Source: Felis catus (lineage: Eukaryota). From it: a stretch of 64,000 nucleotides of DNA. Made by a program: the position numbers and the translations under genes. The notes under the pieces were generated by a model that made no database searches, was not told where the DNA came from, and worked only from the letters and a program-made list of their open reading frames with translations. Shown here piece by piece: positions 37,711 through 49,808 of the stretch; position 1 is the stretch's first letter; each line of letters starts with the position of its first letter. The stretch covers positions 142,354,001-142,418,000 of the forward strand of contig NC_058368.1 of NCBI RefSeq assembly GCF_018350175.1, in the 5' to 3' direction.

Positions 37711-38696
37711 TCCTAAAAAGCAGTAAAGAGATTCCTGAGCAGGAACGAAAGTGGGTCCCACTGTGGTCTGAGATACACTTCAGAATGTCACGCATTGCAT
37801 TTTAGCTACATCCTCAATTTGCCAGCCCCAAGCATTTAATTAAATGAAAAAAAAAAAAAAAAAAGGTCCCAAGGAGTAATTTATCGGAGAAGTCATTACA
37901 ATAAACAGGCAGTTAGCACAAGGTCAAGATGAGGAAGAATGTGAACAATACAGTGCTGTAGATGCTGCTGGGGGGGCGTGGGGAGCAGGGCTGGAGGGAA
38001 GGAAATGAGCTGGACAATGCACAGATGTCTACGTTTTCGCTGCCAGGAGTTCAGACAAACAGGAAGACCTTAAACTTCTCCAACTGGGAGCGCTCGGTTT
38101 TGCCTGATGAGCAGAGGGGCTGAGCACATGACTGGAACACAAAAACAGACGGTTGTGATTAAGGCCGTTGCAGAACGTATATGCAGCCTCGTTCACACAG
38201 AAACTCCAGCCTGGCTCACCCTGCGTCCTGACCATGTTCCCTCAGCCTGTGGTCCTCTTCTCCAGGCTGGTCCATAGGGTTTGGGGGTGCATGGCCTCTG
38301 AAGTCAGAAGAGCCGCACCCACTCACGGGACCAAACAGGCCAACACACTAAATTTCACAATTTAAAAATTCCCTGCTGCTATCTCGCAGAGAACCTATGT
38401 GCACTGAGACTGTTAAGTGGGACCCAAGGAAAAATGTCTAGCATAATCATCCACGGGACTTGCCCTGTCCCAATAACCATATCACAGCAGAGGATTAGGA
38501 ATTGTTAGAAATCCGTTGCACTTCACAACTTGGGAATTTTATGAAATATTTTTTTCTTGTAAACAGTTATATATTTTTCTCCCTATTGAGTACCTATGCA
38601 AACAAGGGATATTTCTTGAAGTAAAGGATGTTTCAGAACATCACTTGGAAGGGGCCCCTTACCTGTTAAACATAAATGCTCTGCTGTAACTAACAA

Positions 38697-39130
38697 TAGG
38701 GTTTCTTAAGCTTCGTACCTTTAACATTGGGGTTGGAGAATTCTCTGTTCTGAGGGGCTGTCCTGCAAGTCAGAGGGTGTTAGCAGCATCTCCAGCCTCT
38801 TCCCACTATATGCCAGCAGCAGTCCCCCAGTTGTGACAATGAAAAATGTCTTTCGAGGGGCGCCTGGGTGGCCCAGTAAGTTGGACATCTGACTTCAGCT
38901 CAGGTCATGATCTTACGGTTCATGAGTTCGAGCCCCGCATCAAGCTCTGTGCTGACAGCTCAGAGCCTGGAGCCTGCTGTGGATTTCTGTGTCTCCTTCT
39001 CTCTCTGCTCCTCCCCCACTCGTACTCTTTCTCTCTCCATTTAAAAAATTAAAAAAGAAAAGAAAAGAAAAATGTCTTGATACTTCCAAATGCCCTTCAG
39101 GGACAGTTTTGCTCAAAAAGGTACCCACTG
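38697..39130 (-). mobile_element. MER20, interrupted by a Can-SINE
   Basis: Left arm agggtttctt...ggggctgtcctg...tagcagcatc...tgccagcagca..ccccagttgtgacaatgaaaaatgtc; resumes after the SINE with ccaaatgccc...ccactg. Confidence 0.8.
38857..39066 (+). mobile_element. Can-SINE nested in MER20
   Basis: GGGGCGCCTGGGTGGC head; TSD gaaaaatgtctt at 38841-38852 and 39067-39078. Confidence 0.93.
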
Positions 39131-39362
39131 TGGTTAAGGACACAGGACCTAGATTAAGGTGAGCTTCAAGCCCTGGCTGTGGGACATACTAGCAGAATAA
39201 AGTTGGGCAAGTAATAGCCTCCCTGTGCCTCAATTTCTCCAGCTATAAAGTGGGGGATAATACTGCCCACTTCATAGGGTTGAGATGAAGATTAAATAAG
39301 GATGTACGTGTAAAATGCTTTGCACCGAGCCCGGCCCATCCTACACATTCAGTAAATGAAAG
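39131..39362 (+). mobile_element. MIR SINE
   Basis: tggttaaggac...ttgggcaagt...ctgtgcctcaatttctcc..tataaagtgggggataata...gattaaata. Confidence 0.8.
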
Positions 39363-39783
39363 CGAAGACAGTGGTTAAAGAAGAGTTGTAGACCTGTGAC
39401 TCGGGAAGACAGGATGGAGGAGCATGCCGCTCATTTGGCCATAAGGTAAGAACAAACCCCCCAGAGAGCCCATGTCTAAACAGTCTGTACAAGGGCACGT
39501 ATGGCCAATATGCTAGAAACACAACCACTTATTAATATTAACCTTGATGGAAATCAAGCTGCTTTAATCCCTTTGGGGATGAAAGGGGGGAGAATAGAGA
39601 AAAGAAATGAAATAGAAAAATTGCTAGATACCAGAGAGGAATAACCAGACACAAAGTGGACAAGGTAAAATTCACACTTCTTAAAAACTACTTCGGCCAC
39701 AAATTAGAATAAACATGCTGAATTTGGAGACTGAGAGAAGCCTCCCTCGGCCGCTGGCACCCCAGCCCACCCCCACCACCTCC

Positions 39784-39791
<8 letters not shown>

Positions 39792-39832
<41 letters not shown>
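39792..39832. repeat. (CA)~20 microsatellite
   Basis: Direct read. Confidence 0.96.
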
Positions 39833-39839
<7 letters not shown>

Positions 39840-42195
39840 CACAAGAGCACCTCTCCTGCTCAGCCGGTGGGGCTTGTGATTCATTCCCTCACAGCCTGGC
39901 TTTGCATGGGAGATCAGAACACAAGCACAGAGTGAACCAGCATCCAAGCCTTCTTGGACTTGGACAGAGACTTTATCCAGTAGCTGGAGTCTGAAAGAAG
40001 CTGTTTCAAACAGTCATCTGACTCACAGACAATGCAACACTAAACTGGAGATCTTTCCTAATTAGCCATTCAAAAACACAACCAAGCCTTTGTGAGCCAA
40101 AGCCTGGAAGTATGTGGCAAAATACCCTCTTCGGTGTCTTTTTTCTGACCTTGCTTTACATGTATCTCAATAACATGCAGTTGTCTATTATGTCACTCAA
40201 GTGCACCATATTTTTCTTTTTTCATTAAAGTAAACGAAATAACCCAGAATAGCAGGAGGCTTGTGCCCAGCATGTAAGGATGCACACGTTAACATTCAAC
40301 AAAGTGCCCACACATCTATCATTCACGCCTAAGTCTTGTCCACTCAAAACCGCAGTGGAGGCGAGTGATTTTTCACCCTGATCTCCTATTATGTTGTTGT
40401 CACTTGAATGCGCTCTAAGAACCAGATGAGGAAAACAAGACAACCCTCCGTTCTTTCCTGAAGGAAGGCCAAGCAGCGCCCTCTATTTGACCCCAACATC
40501 AAATCAAAGACATTACGTGACATTTACATTCCAGGGTAATTTGTGTAAAATTAAAACTTCTACAGGAGAGCTTAAAAAGCGAAAAGTTTGACATAAATAA
40601 AGTCCCCCGCACCTAGGAGAAGTCAGACACTAGAATAACAGGCAACAGATATATGGTTAACTTAAAATATCCTAAACCATTGTGACAAACTCCCGAAAGT
40701 TGAATGGTAAACTCGCTGTGTCAGAATTAATTTGGGAATCGGTTAGCCCTGCTTGAAGAACTGGATTTCCCCAGCCAACATTCTGTCAAGTCACCGTTTC
40801 CATAGTTGGTTGCTGTCAGCGTTCCATCTGAGTAACCAAATGTTCCTCTCCTGCCTTGGCTGGGAGGACTAACATGGGGCCAGACGCCTTGGAGACCGAA
40901 AAACAAACGGACCCAGTTACTATGTTTTAAACTCAGTTCTGTCTGGAAATCAGGAAGCAAGACTCAGAAGATCAAGCTTCAGGGAAGCTCTGAATGCTGA
41001 TGAGATTCTTTTCTCAGAAGCCCAGATGAGAAGTCATCAAGAGCTTAGAAGGGAAGAAGGCTAACAAATGGCAACGTGGACTGCCTCCCAGAAGGCCCAG
41101 TCCGCCTCCACTGCTTGGGATACTTTTCAATTCAAAAGGATCAGGAATTTGGATCAGCATCCTGCTTCGTTATTTCCACCTGACCGTCTTGTGTTTCCAA
41201 ATTTTATACACCAAGTCTCTGCCTAAAAGCCGATCTAGGTAGCCACTGTACTTCTAGTGGAGCTAAGGAGCAGAGGGTTTTAGATTTTACTTCATTCACA
41301 CGGAAAGGAGGGGAAAATATCGTGACTTTTCAAATGTCCTTATCACAACAGTCTTTCCCATCAAAAGAGGAACGGAGAAATGTCATTCAATGGGAAAAAT
41401 CAGCTATCTGTCCTCTATTCCCTCCCACCCTAGCTTTATTTATTCACATACACGATGTTCACGGAGTTCCCGGGATAAGAACGTGAAGTCGGCAACACAT
41501 CGAGCTGAGTCCTGGAAACAGTAAGCAATGGACGTGAGCTGGGATGATGAAGAGTAACATCCAATAGCCACCAACCTCAATGTTTCCTTTCTCTTGTTTC
41601 TCAGTTCTGATAACTGTTTCTTCATTTTCTGAAACTGACAGCCACTTCGGGACTTTTCATTCGTTACAACTGATCTCTAAACCACAACCTTCTGCCTAAA
41701 ACTGGATCTCTCTTTAGGGTAGCTGTGCTCCCCAAAACAGAAAATCCTGAAATGTCTGAACCAAGGCACTTCACGTGGGAAGTCGCCCACGGAACTGTGT
41801 CCGCTGGGGGCTTTGGAGTTAAAAATACACCTATCAGACAGACTGCCCTAACAACTGTTTGCACACTTCCTACTTTACGCTCTCAGACTGTCTTGAGCTC
41901 TGCTTGTTGACTCACAGCCACGTTTGTGCATGTGCTGCAGAATATGCTTACGCAGCAACAGCTAACAGTGATGGTGCCCTTTACAGGCCTTACCAAGGCC
42001 CATGCTGCCCAATGGCGCTGTGCTGCGTACCATGTGTGCACTGTTGCTGAACTCCCTCACAGTTTCCAGACAGGTGCTGTTCTCCTGCTTCACAGATGAG
42101 GACACTGAGCTAAGGGCCTTTTAAGCAAATCAATAAATACAGAGCATTCCCTCCAACATCCAAGATACAGCATCCACATTCAAAAGATGCTAATA

Positions 42196-42426
42196 GGGGT
42201 GCCTGGGTGGCTTAGTCGGTTGAGCGTCCAACTTAGGCTCAGGTCATGATCTCGCGGTTCGTGAGTTTGAGCCCCATGTCGGGCTCTGTGCTGACAGCTC
42301 AGAGCCTGGAGCCTGCTTCGGATTCTATGTGTGTGCGTGTGTGTGTGTGTGCGCGTGCGTGTGTGTGTGTCCCTACCCCACTTGTGCTCTCACTCTCTCT
42401 CTCTCAAAAGTAAATAAACATTTTTT
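42196..42426 (+). mobile_element. Can-SINE with internal (TG/CG)n expansion
   Basis: Normal head; TSD aaaagat(g/a)ctaata; about 42327-42370 is alternating TG/CG where other copies have tgtgtctccc. Confidence 0.93.
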
Positions 42427-44214
42427 AAAAAGATACTAATAAATCGCAAAAACAAAGTACTTCTATTTTAACCAGTGTAACCTTAAAATAATCTGAAATA
42501 CTATTTTAGAAACTTGTTCTTCAACAGGACACAAACAACCACATGTTAATTAGCAGAGCCCTGTCAAAGGCGAGCACCTTCATACCTTAAAGTTACATGT
42601 TCACCCATACCAAAAAAAAAAAAATTTACCCATACCAACACCTGGAATCCTATAAGAACCAAAGTACTTTTCCTGGTGATCTCATTTTGCTGCCTCAGCC
42701 TTCCTGTGAAAGATTGAAAAGAACTGATAAACTATAGCACTTTCCCCTGAAGCATGAAGCTTTCACACTGCCTCTGGAAAGCATTTTGTGGTCTGCAGGC
42801 AACAGGGCTTCATCCAGGATGGAGCCCAGCCATGCATCAAGGCCGGCACCGAGCTGGGTGATAAAATGCTCACAGGTTTAAACATAGAAAGCATTACACA
42901 AGAAGACAGGTGAAAGGATTTGTGAAACAGGTCACTGAATGTTTGAAATACTATATATTTGCAAGAAGGGAAACCATCTGACAGACTGAATCATGAATTT
43001 GTGCAATGCAAGAATTTATAAAAGCACCAGGGTATGAATCATAGCCACAAAATGATTTTGTAATACCCTTGTAAAAATCCACCCCATAAATGCAACAGCT
43101 CTTCCAAAAGCACTTGTCTTTCTGTTTTTGGTTTGACTCATTTAATGATTTGCAAAGATAATTTATAAAATTTACGTGAGATATGATTTCTGGAAACTAG
43201 AAGACGAAAGGGAGCAAAATAAACTAAACCCCAGTACAGCAGACTGTTTGGACGCCATTTTGTCTACACCAGAAGTCTTACCAAAAAGAGAGATTATCAT
43301 GTTTTTCCTTCTGATAATATACTAAGTCAAACCCTAAGATCCAATAAGCACCTTTAGTAATTGCTCAAGAGCACTCCAATTCATAGCTAAACACCATCAA
43401 CAGGAACTTTTCTAAAATTACGGATACTTTTGTCATGAAATTTTAAATGGGCTTCTCTGAAATGCCATGTGATATTACCCCCAGATTTTAAACTCTATGA
43501 TCAAATTACATCATTAGAATTTAAAAACATCAAATTAACTGTTTTGGTTTTACGTATACAGGTGGCTTTAGTCTACTGTTTCTCCAGCACTCCTTTGTGG
43601 AGAAGGCCTTAACCACTAAGGTCCACATGAAACCAACCTGAACGATAAATGGTCATTCTGAGTAGTACGTCTACACATGGAACGGAGAGTTGGAGGAGTT
43701 TCATCCTGATATGATATCTCATGAATTTCTCTCCTGATAAGGACCCATCATTTAGTGAAATCATGTGCCCAGAGTTCTAGAGAAACTGGTAAGATGTTGA
43801 GTCAGTGGTTCTGCTAAGAAGTTCCAGCTCCAGGGTTGTTGACTCTGAATCTATTGGGCCAGACATCATTAATCACTTTTACAACACAAATGCCAGACTG
43901 ACCACAACACTCACACGGACTCATCCTTGGTCACCAACAGCACCTAACCCTTCTGAGAATTCCAGAGGCAGAAACAAAGATGTTACTTCTAGGTGACACC
44001 CAAAGGACCAGGGTTATTTCTGAGCAGTTCCTGTGTGATAGGAATAATGCCCCCACAGCCTCGCCTTCCAGGGGTATCCCCTCAACCCCAAGTTGACTCA
44101 TTTCACAACCACCAATGGGTTAAGTACTTGAATAAGTAACAGGTAAGTTTTCCCCAACAGAAGCTTCCAGGTTCCTACCCAATATCCATCCTCCTCTCCT
44201 TCACTAGGAAAACT

Positions 44215-44547
44215 TACGGCCAGAACTGAGGTAAGGAGAGTAAGATACTCACCTTGAGCACAGAATTTAAGGGGATGCCAAAACCCGATGAATTATGACA
44301 AATAACATCTTAATATACAATCATGTAAAAAAAATCAACATAATTTAAAACTCCACAATGAACCAAAATAAAATTTTAAAAAAATACCAGGTCAGCATTA
44401 CCAATTATTCCTTTTACCTCAGGCTCAAATATAGCACTGCAGCATTGTATTAAAACACCATTTATCTTAATTACTGGGTTTTTGGTGTTCCCTTAAATTG
44501 TGCACAAAGGTAAGTGCCGTACTTGCCTCACCTTACTCCTGGCCCTG
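44215..44547. mobile_element. MER96-like hAT MITE with long terminal inverted repeats
   Basis: Left ggccagaactgaggtaagg..agtaag..actcacc..gcacagaatttaagggg..gccaaaaccc is a degenerate reverse complement of right gggtttttggtgttcccttaaattgtgcac..aggtaagtgcc..acttgcctcaccttactcctggccctg. Confidence 0.75.
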
Positions 44548-44646
44548 AAAGAAATTCTATCCACCCTTTGCAGATAGGGTGACCAATGAGATTTAAATAG
44601 ACGAGATGGGGAGAGGTTTCTGGGAAAGCTAAAGGACGTGGCTCTA

Positions 44647-44647
<1 letters not shown>

Positions 44648-44689
<42 letters not shown>
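44648..44689. repeat. (CA)~21 microsatellite
   Basis: Direct read. Confidence 0.96.
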
Positions 44690-44693
<4 letters not shown>

Positions 44694-44815
44694 TAACTAT
44701 GTTAAGTGGGGGATGTGTTAACTAACCCAGTGGTGGGAATCCTTTCAAATCATCACATCATAACCTTAAGTTTGTTACAATTTTATTTGTCAATTATACC
44801 TCAATGAAGCTGGGG
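44690..44815 (+). mobile_element. L1MA/L1MB-type 3' end
   Basis: aagtaactatgt..ggatgtgttaact...acaattttatttgtcaattatacctcaat.aagctgg is a typical L1MA9-like terminus. Confidence 0.8.
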
Positions 44816-46839
44816 GCGGGGGGGGGGGGAGAAAACAAAACAAACAAACAAACAAAAACCTGATAAAAACAAAGGACCTGACTCAGCTTTGATACCGGCC
44901 TTTCCCCTTTGGGGAAAGTGACCTTAAAGGCTCCAATGGGGCCATCAAGAACGAAATGTCTTGCTGTGCAACAAGAAGACAATGTCATGAAGCTATCATC
45001 CTAGTCAGTCTTTCTCAGGATTCTTTATTACCTCAAAACAACACAATTCTTAGTTTGTTTCAAGCACTGTAAGTGGGTCTCAGTTAACTGATAAACACTG
45101 TTCTTAACTAGGAATACTTAAAAAAAAAAAAAAGGCTAATCACAGTGATAAAGCCATCACCTTCACTTAAACGGGATTGTTCTGAAGCAATACCACAAAC
45201 ATCTCAGATACTTCTCTTTCATCTTATTAATTAAAACCCCAATGTTTCCACCCAAATGATTCTAGTGTCAGTTTACTATCATGAAGGGCACATCGCTGGC
45301 CTCCCAAGGAACCAAAGAGGCAAAGGTGAGGGAAGGGTATGGATTGGAATCATGAGCAGGGGCTCCGGTGCCAGCCTGACCACACTCCTACCTGCCGCGT
45401 GCTGACAAGTAGACATGTTGGCCAAGCCAATGGTGCCAAAAGAGCCCGATCCTGGTGTGGACCGGGCAGTGTACCAAGTGACTTCAGAGGCCCCTCTCCT
45501 GACCTCTCCTCTATTGGGTCTACTTATAGCCTTACCAACGAGGTCCGGTAGACTGGAATCCTCTGCTGCTTTGGCAAGTTCGGGATTCACTGGTCAACCG
45601 CAGCAAACAATTAACCTAGGTTTAGCTCAGTGCAATCACCTTTCAAAAACCAACATTTTAGAAGGCACCTTTCACATTCCGGGTATCGATCTCCCCACCA
45701 AAAAGTAACACCTCCGTATGGAAGATGTACCAGGGAGCACTGGACATTAAGCCTTGACATATTTTTTATTTTTTAAACAGATGAAGCTTTGTTCCATCAG
45801 GTATGGCAGTAATTCAAACCATACGAACAAACCGTTGCCTGGTGACATTCCTTAGAAGACTTGTGACATATATACGTGAGAATAAATCAGAAGAAAAATA
45901 AGTATTAGTTTGTAAATGTACTGCTAACACAGTGAGAGCAGGGGTGGGAGGTGTGGGGCCCCAGGGGTGGGTGGGGAGGAAGGTAAGTAAAAGCGTGTAA
46001 CTTTTCAATCTCCCTGAACAAAGGAAATGGTGGGGGGAAAGCTCTCTCTGGCTAGGAGGATGTCAGTGCTGGAAATGAAGGCTCCTATTCCAAGGTCAGA
46101 GCCCCCTTTTCAGCAGAAGAAAAGAAAAGAAAGTGTCATTTACATTTCTCCCTGCTTGTATGGGTTGTTAAGTAATAAGCCCTGTGCCAAAACCTTAATC
46201 TGCAGGATCAGCTCTGAAAAGAGGAAGAGATTTCTGCCAAGCATTTATCAACACCTAAGATTGTTTCTTTTCATTCCTAGAACTGAAGCTGCTTTATTAA
46301 ATTTATAAACCTGAGGTCCACTACTCCCCTCCAAACCTGCAGGCACTACCTCAGATTATATGCCATGGCTCTAAGAAAGTGGGGAAACACCACACCAAAG
46401 AGGCTGCCGAACAAAGACTGGGGGCCCCTGAGCTGCCCCCGGCCCTGTGGGGTGTGGACATCCCCACTCCAGCCGGGAGTCTGGATGGGGCGACTGACAA
46501 GGCAGAAGAGCAGTGCCCAGATGGCACCCTAGGAAGAAGAAGGGGTGCAGCTGTGACCAGACCCCCTGTGGTGCTAGACGCTGGTGGAGGGGCAGGAGGG
46601 AGTGGAAGAAGGGATGGGAAATGGCACGGGCCGCCAGGTTTCCAAAAGGGAGCTCTGTGAGACCTGGAATCCCTCTTAGAGGAAAAGCAGAAGAAGCCCC
46701 TTGGGGCCAAAGGCTAAAAGAACAGGCAAGGGCAGCTTGGCGGGCCTGGACAGGGCAGTGTGCTGGGAGCCACAGAGAGGAACAGGAAGTCAGTGGGAGT
46801 CACACAGGTGCAGAGAGGGGAGTACTGAAGGGAGCACTA

Positions 46840-47012
46840 AACTGGGAGTCCAGCAAAACACTGGTCCCCTTCCAGTATGGCCCCTAACCAGCTGTGTGTC
46901 CTTGGGCAGGTTGCTTTGCTCTTCTGGGGCGGGGCTCTACGGACTCCTGCATAAATGAGGCTGTTAGAAAGCAAACGGTCAAAGGACCTTCTGGACTCTA
47001 ACGTCCATGACT
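46840..47012 (+). mobile_element. Degraded MIR/MIR3
   Basis: actgggagtc...cctaaccagctgtgtgtccttgggcagg...aaaggaccttctggactctaac. Confidence 0.55.
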
Positions 47013-49023
47013 CAGTGATTCCCTGTCCTCAAGCCTCACCCATCCCTGGTGCTGACTCATTCATGTTGTGACTGCTGGGTTTTCTTTTTTCCTGACCATC
47101 CTTTGGTTTCAGAGCAAAATAGGAACGTAAAGGCAGAGTGCCAGATGTGGGGTCAATCTTCCCTACTTCCCGCGTTACTGAACTGGCTGCAGATCCTTGG
47201 GGGAGCAGTGGCCTAAGCTTTGGTCCCCCGGGCACCACTGAAGCCCTATCAGGCCTTTGCTGTCCCTGCTTGGCTCTGGCAAAACTCCCCGTTCCTGCCA
47301 ACCTGTGACGGGGGAGTTAGGGGCCGTGACGAGGCCCAGCAATTTCACTTGGACAAACACTGCCAAAATCACAAAGCCGCCTCAACTTAAGCTTTTCGAA
47401 TCTTGGAATATTATTTTTTGCCCGGTACTGTAAGTCCACGGTAAAACTTTAAAGCTTTAATAGCATTTTTGCTTCAAGTTGAACAAGTTTGCTGGAATGC
47501 AGGAAGAAAACCCCTGGACTTCTTAGGAATAACTGGGAAGAAACCCCATTTTCCAGTGTCCCAGGACTGCTCCCCATTACATTTCAGTTCTCTGTATCGC
47601 ACAAAAGGAAATGAGGCTTCCCCTGAACCTTTGCACACACCACAGGTAAGACATAAAGGAGTGGTTCTACCAAGGAATCAGAGACAGCCCTGACTTGGAA
47701 CACTACACTTAGCCTCCAAGGGCACCGGCGCCCCCAGCCTTCCAATGAACTCTGACCCTGATTGAATCACTGTGGGGGGAAACAGAGATCAAGATAATAC
47801 TCAAAAAACCCTCTCTGCTGCAGAGATACCCCTCCCCATCTCCCCATCTCAGTCGGCTCCTGCTTGTCTCATTGCCCCAGGTGCCCACAAAGGGGAGAGG
47901 GCAATTGAGAAGGGTAAACATCTAGTAGGACCCCTTCCCCACCAGAGCCAAGAGCTGGTATAGCAGGGGGAGAAAAGCCATCCACAGGGGCTCCTCCCAG
48001 CCAGCCCCCTTGTCTGGGTCCCCAACTCAGCCTGCGAATTCCCAGTCCCACCCACTCGCTAATGCCTTCCAAGCCCTGGAGCCCCGTGTATATGGGAAGT
48101 GAGGAAAGTCTAGTGCTTGCTCCCCTGCCAAGCCTGGCTGGGGCCGTCTGTGGAACTCCCATATACACTAACCACAAGCACATCATGACTTCTGGCCATG
48201 GACTCCCTGACTACAGTTCCTTACCCCAGGGCGGGTCGGCTATGGGCCCTTCCACAGACCTGACCACACCATTTCCACATGACAATGGGCTGTGGATTCT
48301 GACTCAAACCGCTAACAATCTAGAATACAATCAAAATCACAAGCTGGAGCTTACTGGCCTCAGAGTTTTAATAATCACACTGGCTGATCGTGCCTTTGGA
48401 AGAGACAGGCATTCTCCCTCAGAGAAGTGCAAGTCAACCAAAAGACCCATGCAAAGGGAGCTCACCGGACTTCCCTCTATGAAGATCCCCCTAGTCATGG
48501 CTTCTGGCTTCTGCAGCCAGATTTCACCACATTTCCTCAGGGGCCCGTGCCAAGAAGACCAATGCCACAGACTGAAAATAGCCCAGGCACCAGATGTGAT
48601 CACATGGGGAGTGGGGGTGGCCCAAAAGAGCATGCGGGATGAACTCCCATAGGCGGTGGGGGGTGGGGTGGGGGGCTGTCAGTATTCAAGTGGAACCTGG
48701 CTAGGGCTCTGCCAACTCTTGTTACTTCTATTGTTCAGTCAGCCAGATGCCACAGCGAAAAGACGACCCTCCAGGGAAGTCTTTCAAGGAGACAGAAGAG
48801 TCCGGTTTCCTCCTTGCTTCTATAAGAAACCCCAGCAGCTTACAGAGTCAGCCCAAGTTTCCCCCCCAGTATCAACCAGGGCCTATCATTCTTGTTCTCC
48901 TACAGACAGGATAAGAACCCTAACTTCTCCAGGAATGGTTTTATTCCTCTGCCACCATGCAAACTACACATATGCTCGTGAAGGCTTTAAAATTATCAAA
49001 ATGACTTTCACCTTATGGCTTTT

Positions 49024-49258
49024 TAAAATATATATATATACATATTTGTTTAATGTTTATTTATTTTTGAGAGAGAGAGAGACAGACACAGCATGAGCAG
49101 GGGAGGGGCGGAGAGAGAGGGAGACACAGAATCCGAAGCAGGCTCCAGGCTCTGAGCTGTCAGCACAGAGCCCGACACGGGGCTCAAACTCACGAGCTGT
49201 GAGATCATGACCTGAGCCGAAGTCGGACGCTCAACCGACTGAGCCACCCAGGCACCCC
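49024..49258 (-). mobile_element. Can-SINE (felid type)
   Basis: Reverse SINE; degenerate TSD tcacctta..gcttt. Confidence 0.95.
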
Positions 49259-49669
49259 TCACCTTACAGCTTTCAATGTCTGGGCTATTCTTTTGCCCTT
49301 ACGATTTTGGTAAAGTTTGCTGCATTGTTTTAAAAAAGTCTCCGTACACATCAAGCAGCACAGGTTTGAGCTTTGCTGAATTAGTCGTTGCATCTATAGT
49401 GGTCAGTTTGCCCAACCATACGCATTTGTTACCAGGACAATTATAATATGCAACACTTGTAATCTTGTTGTTATGTTAAACGTCCTCAGCACGACCAGGC
49501 AAGGGAAACATTATCAGTATGACCAGAAGCAGCTATCAAAGTACTTGCCTTTTTTTTTTTTAAAGCTTAGGCCAAAGACAAGATGATAAAAGTGGAGTGG
49601 GGTAATTCCTGGTCTGTGTGCCTTCACCCTTCCTCTGAGGCCTGAAGACCACAGTGGACTCTAACCCTT

Positions 49670-49808
49670 TACCACTCAAAGTATGTTGCCTGGAACAGCA
49701 GCATGGGCATGGCTCTGGAACTTGCGAGAAATGCAGAATCTCAGACTTCCTGAATCAGAATGTGTAGTTAACATTCGCAGCCGCAGCAAAGCATAACAAG
49801 CACTGCTC
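49670..49808. mobile_element. MER5A-like fragment
   Basis: ctcaaagt.tg...cagcagcat.ggcat...gaacttg..agaaatgcagaatctcag..ctgaatcagaa. Confidence 0.7.
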
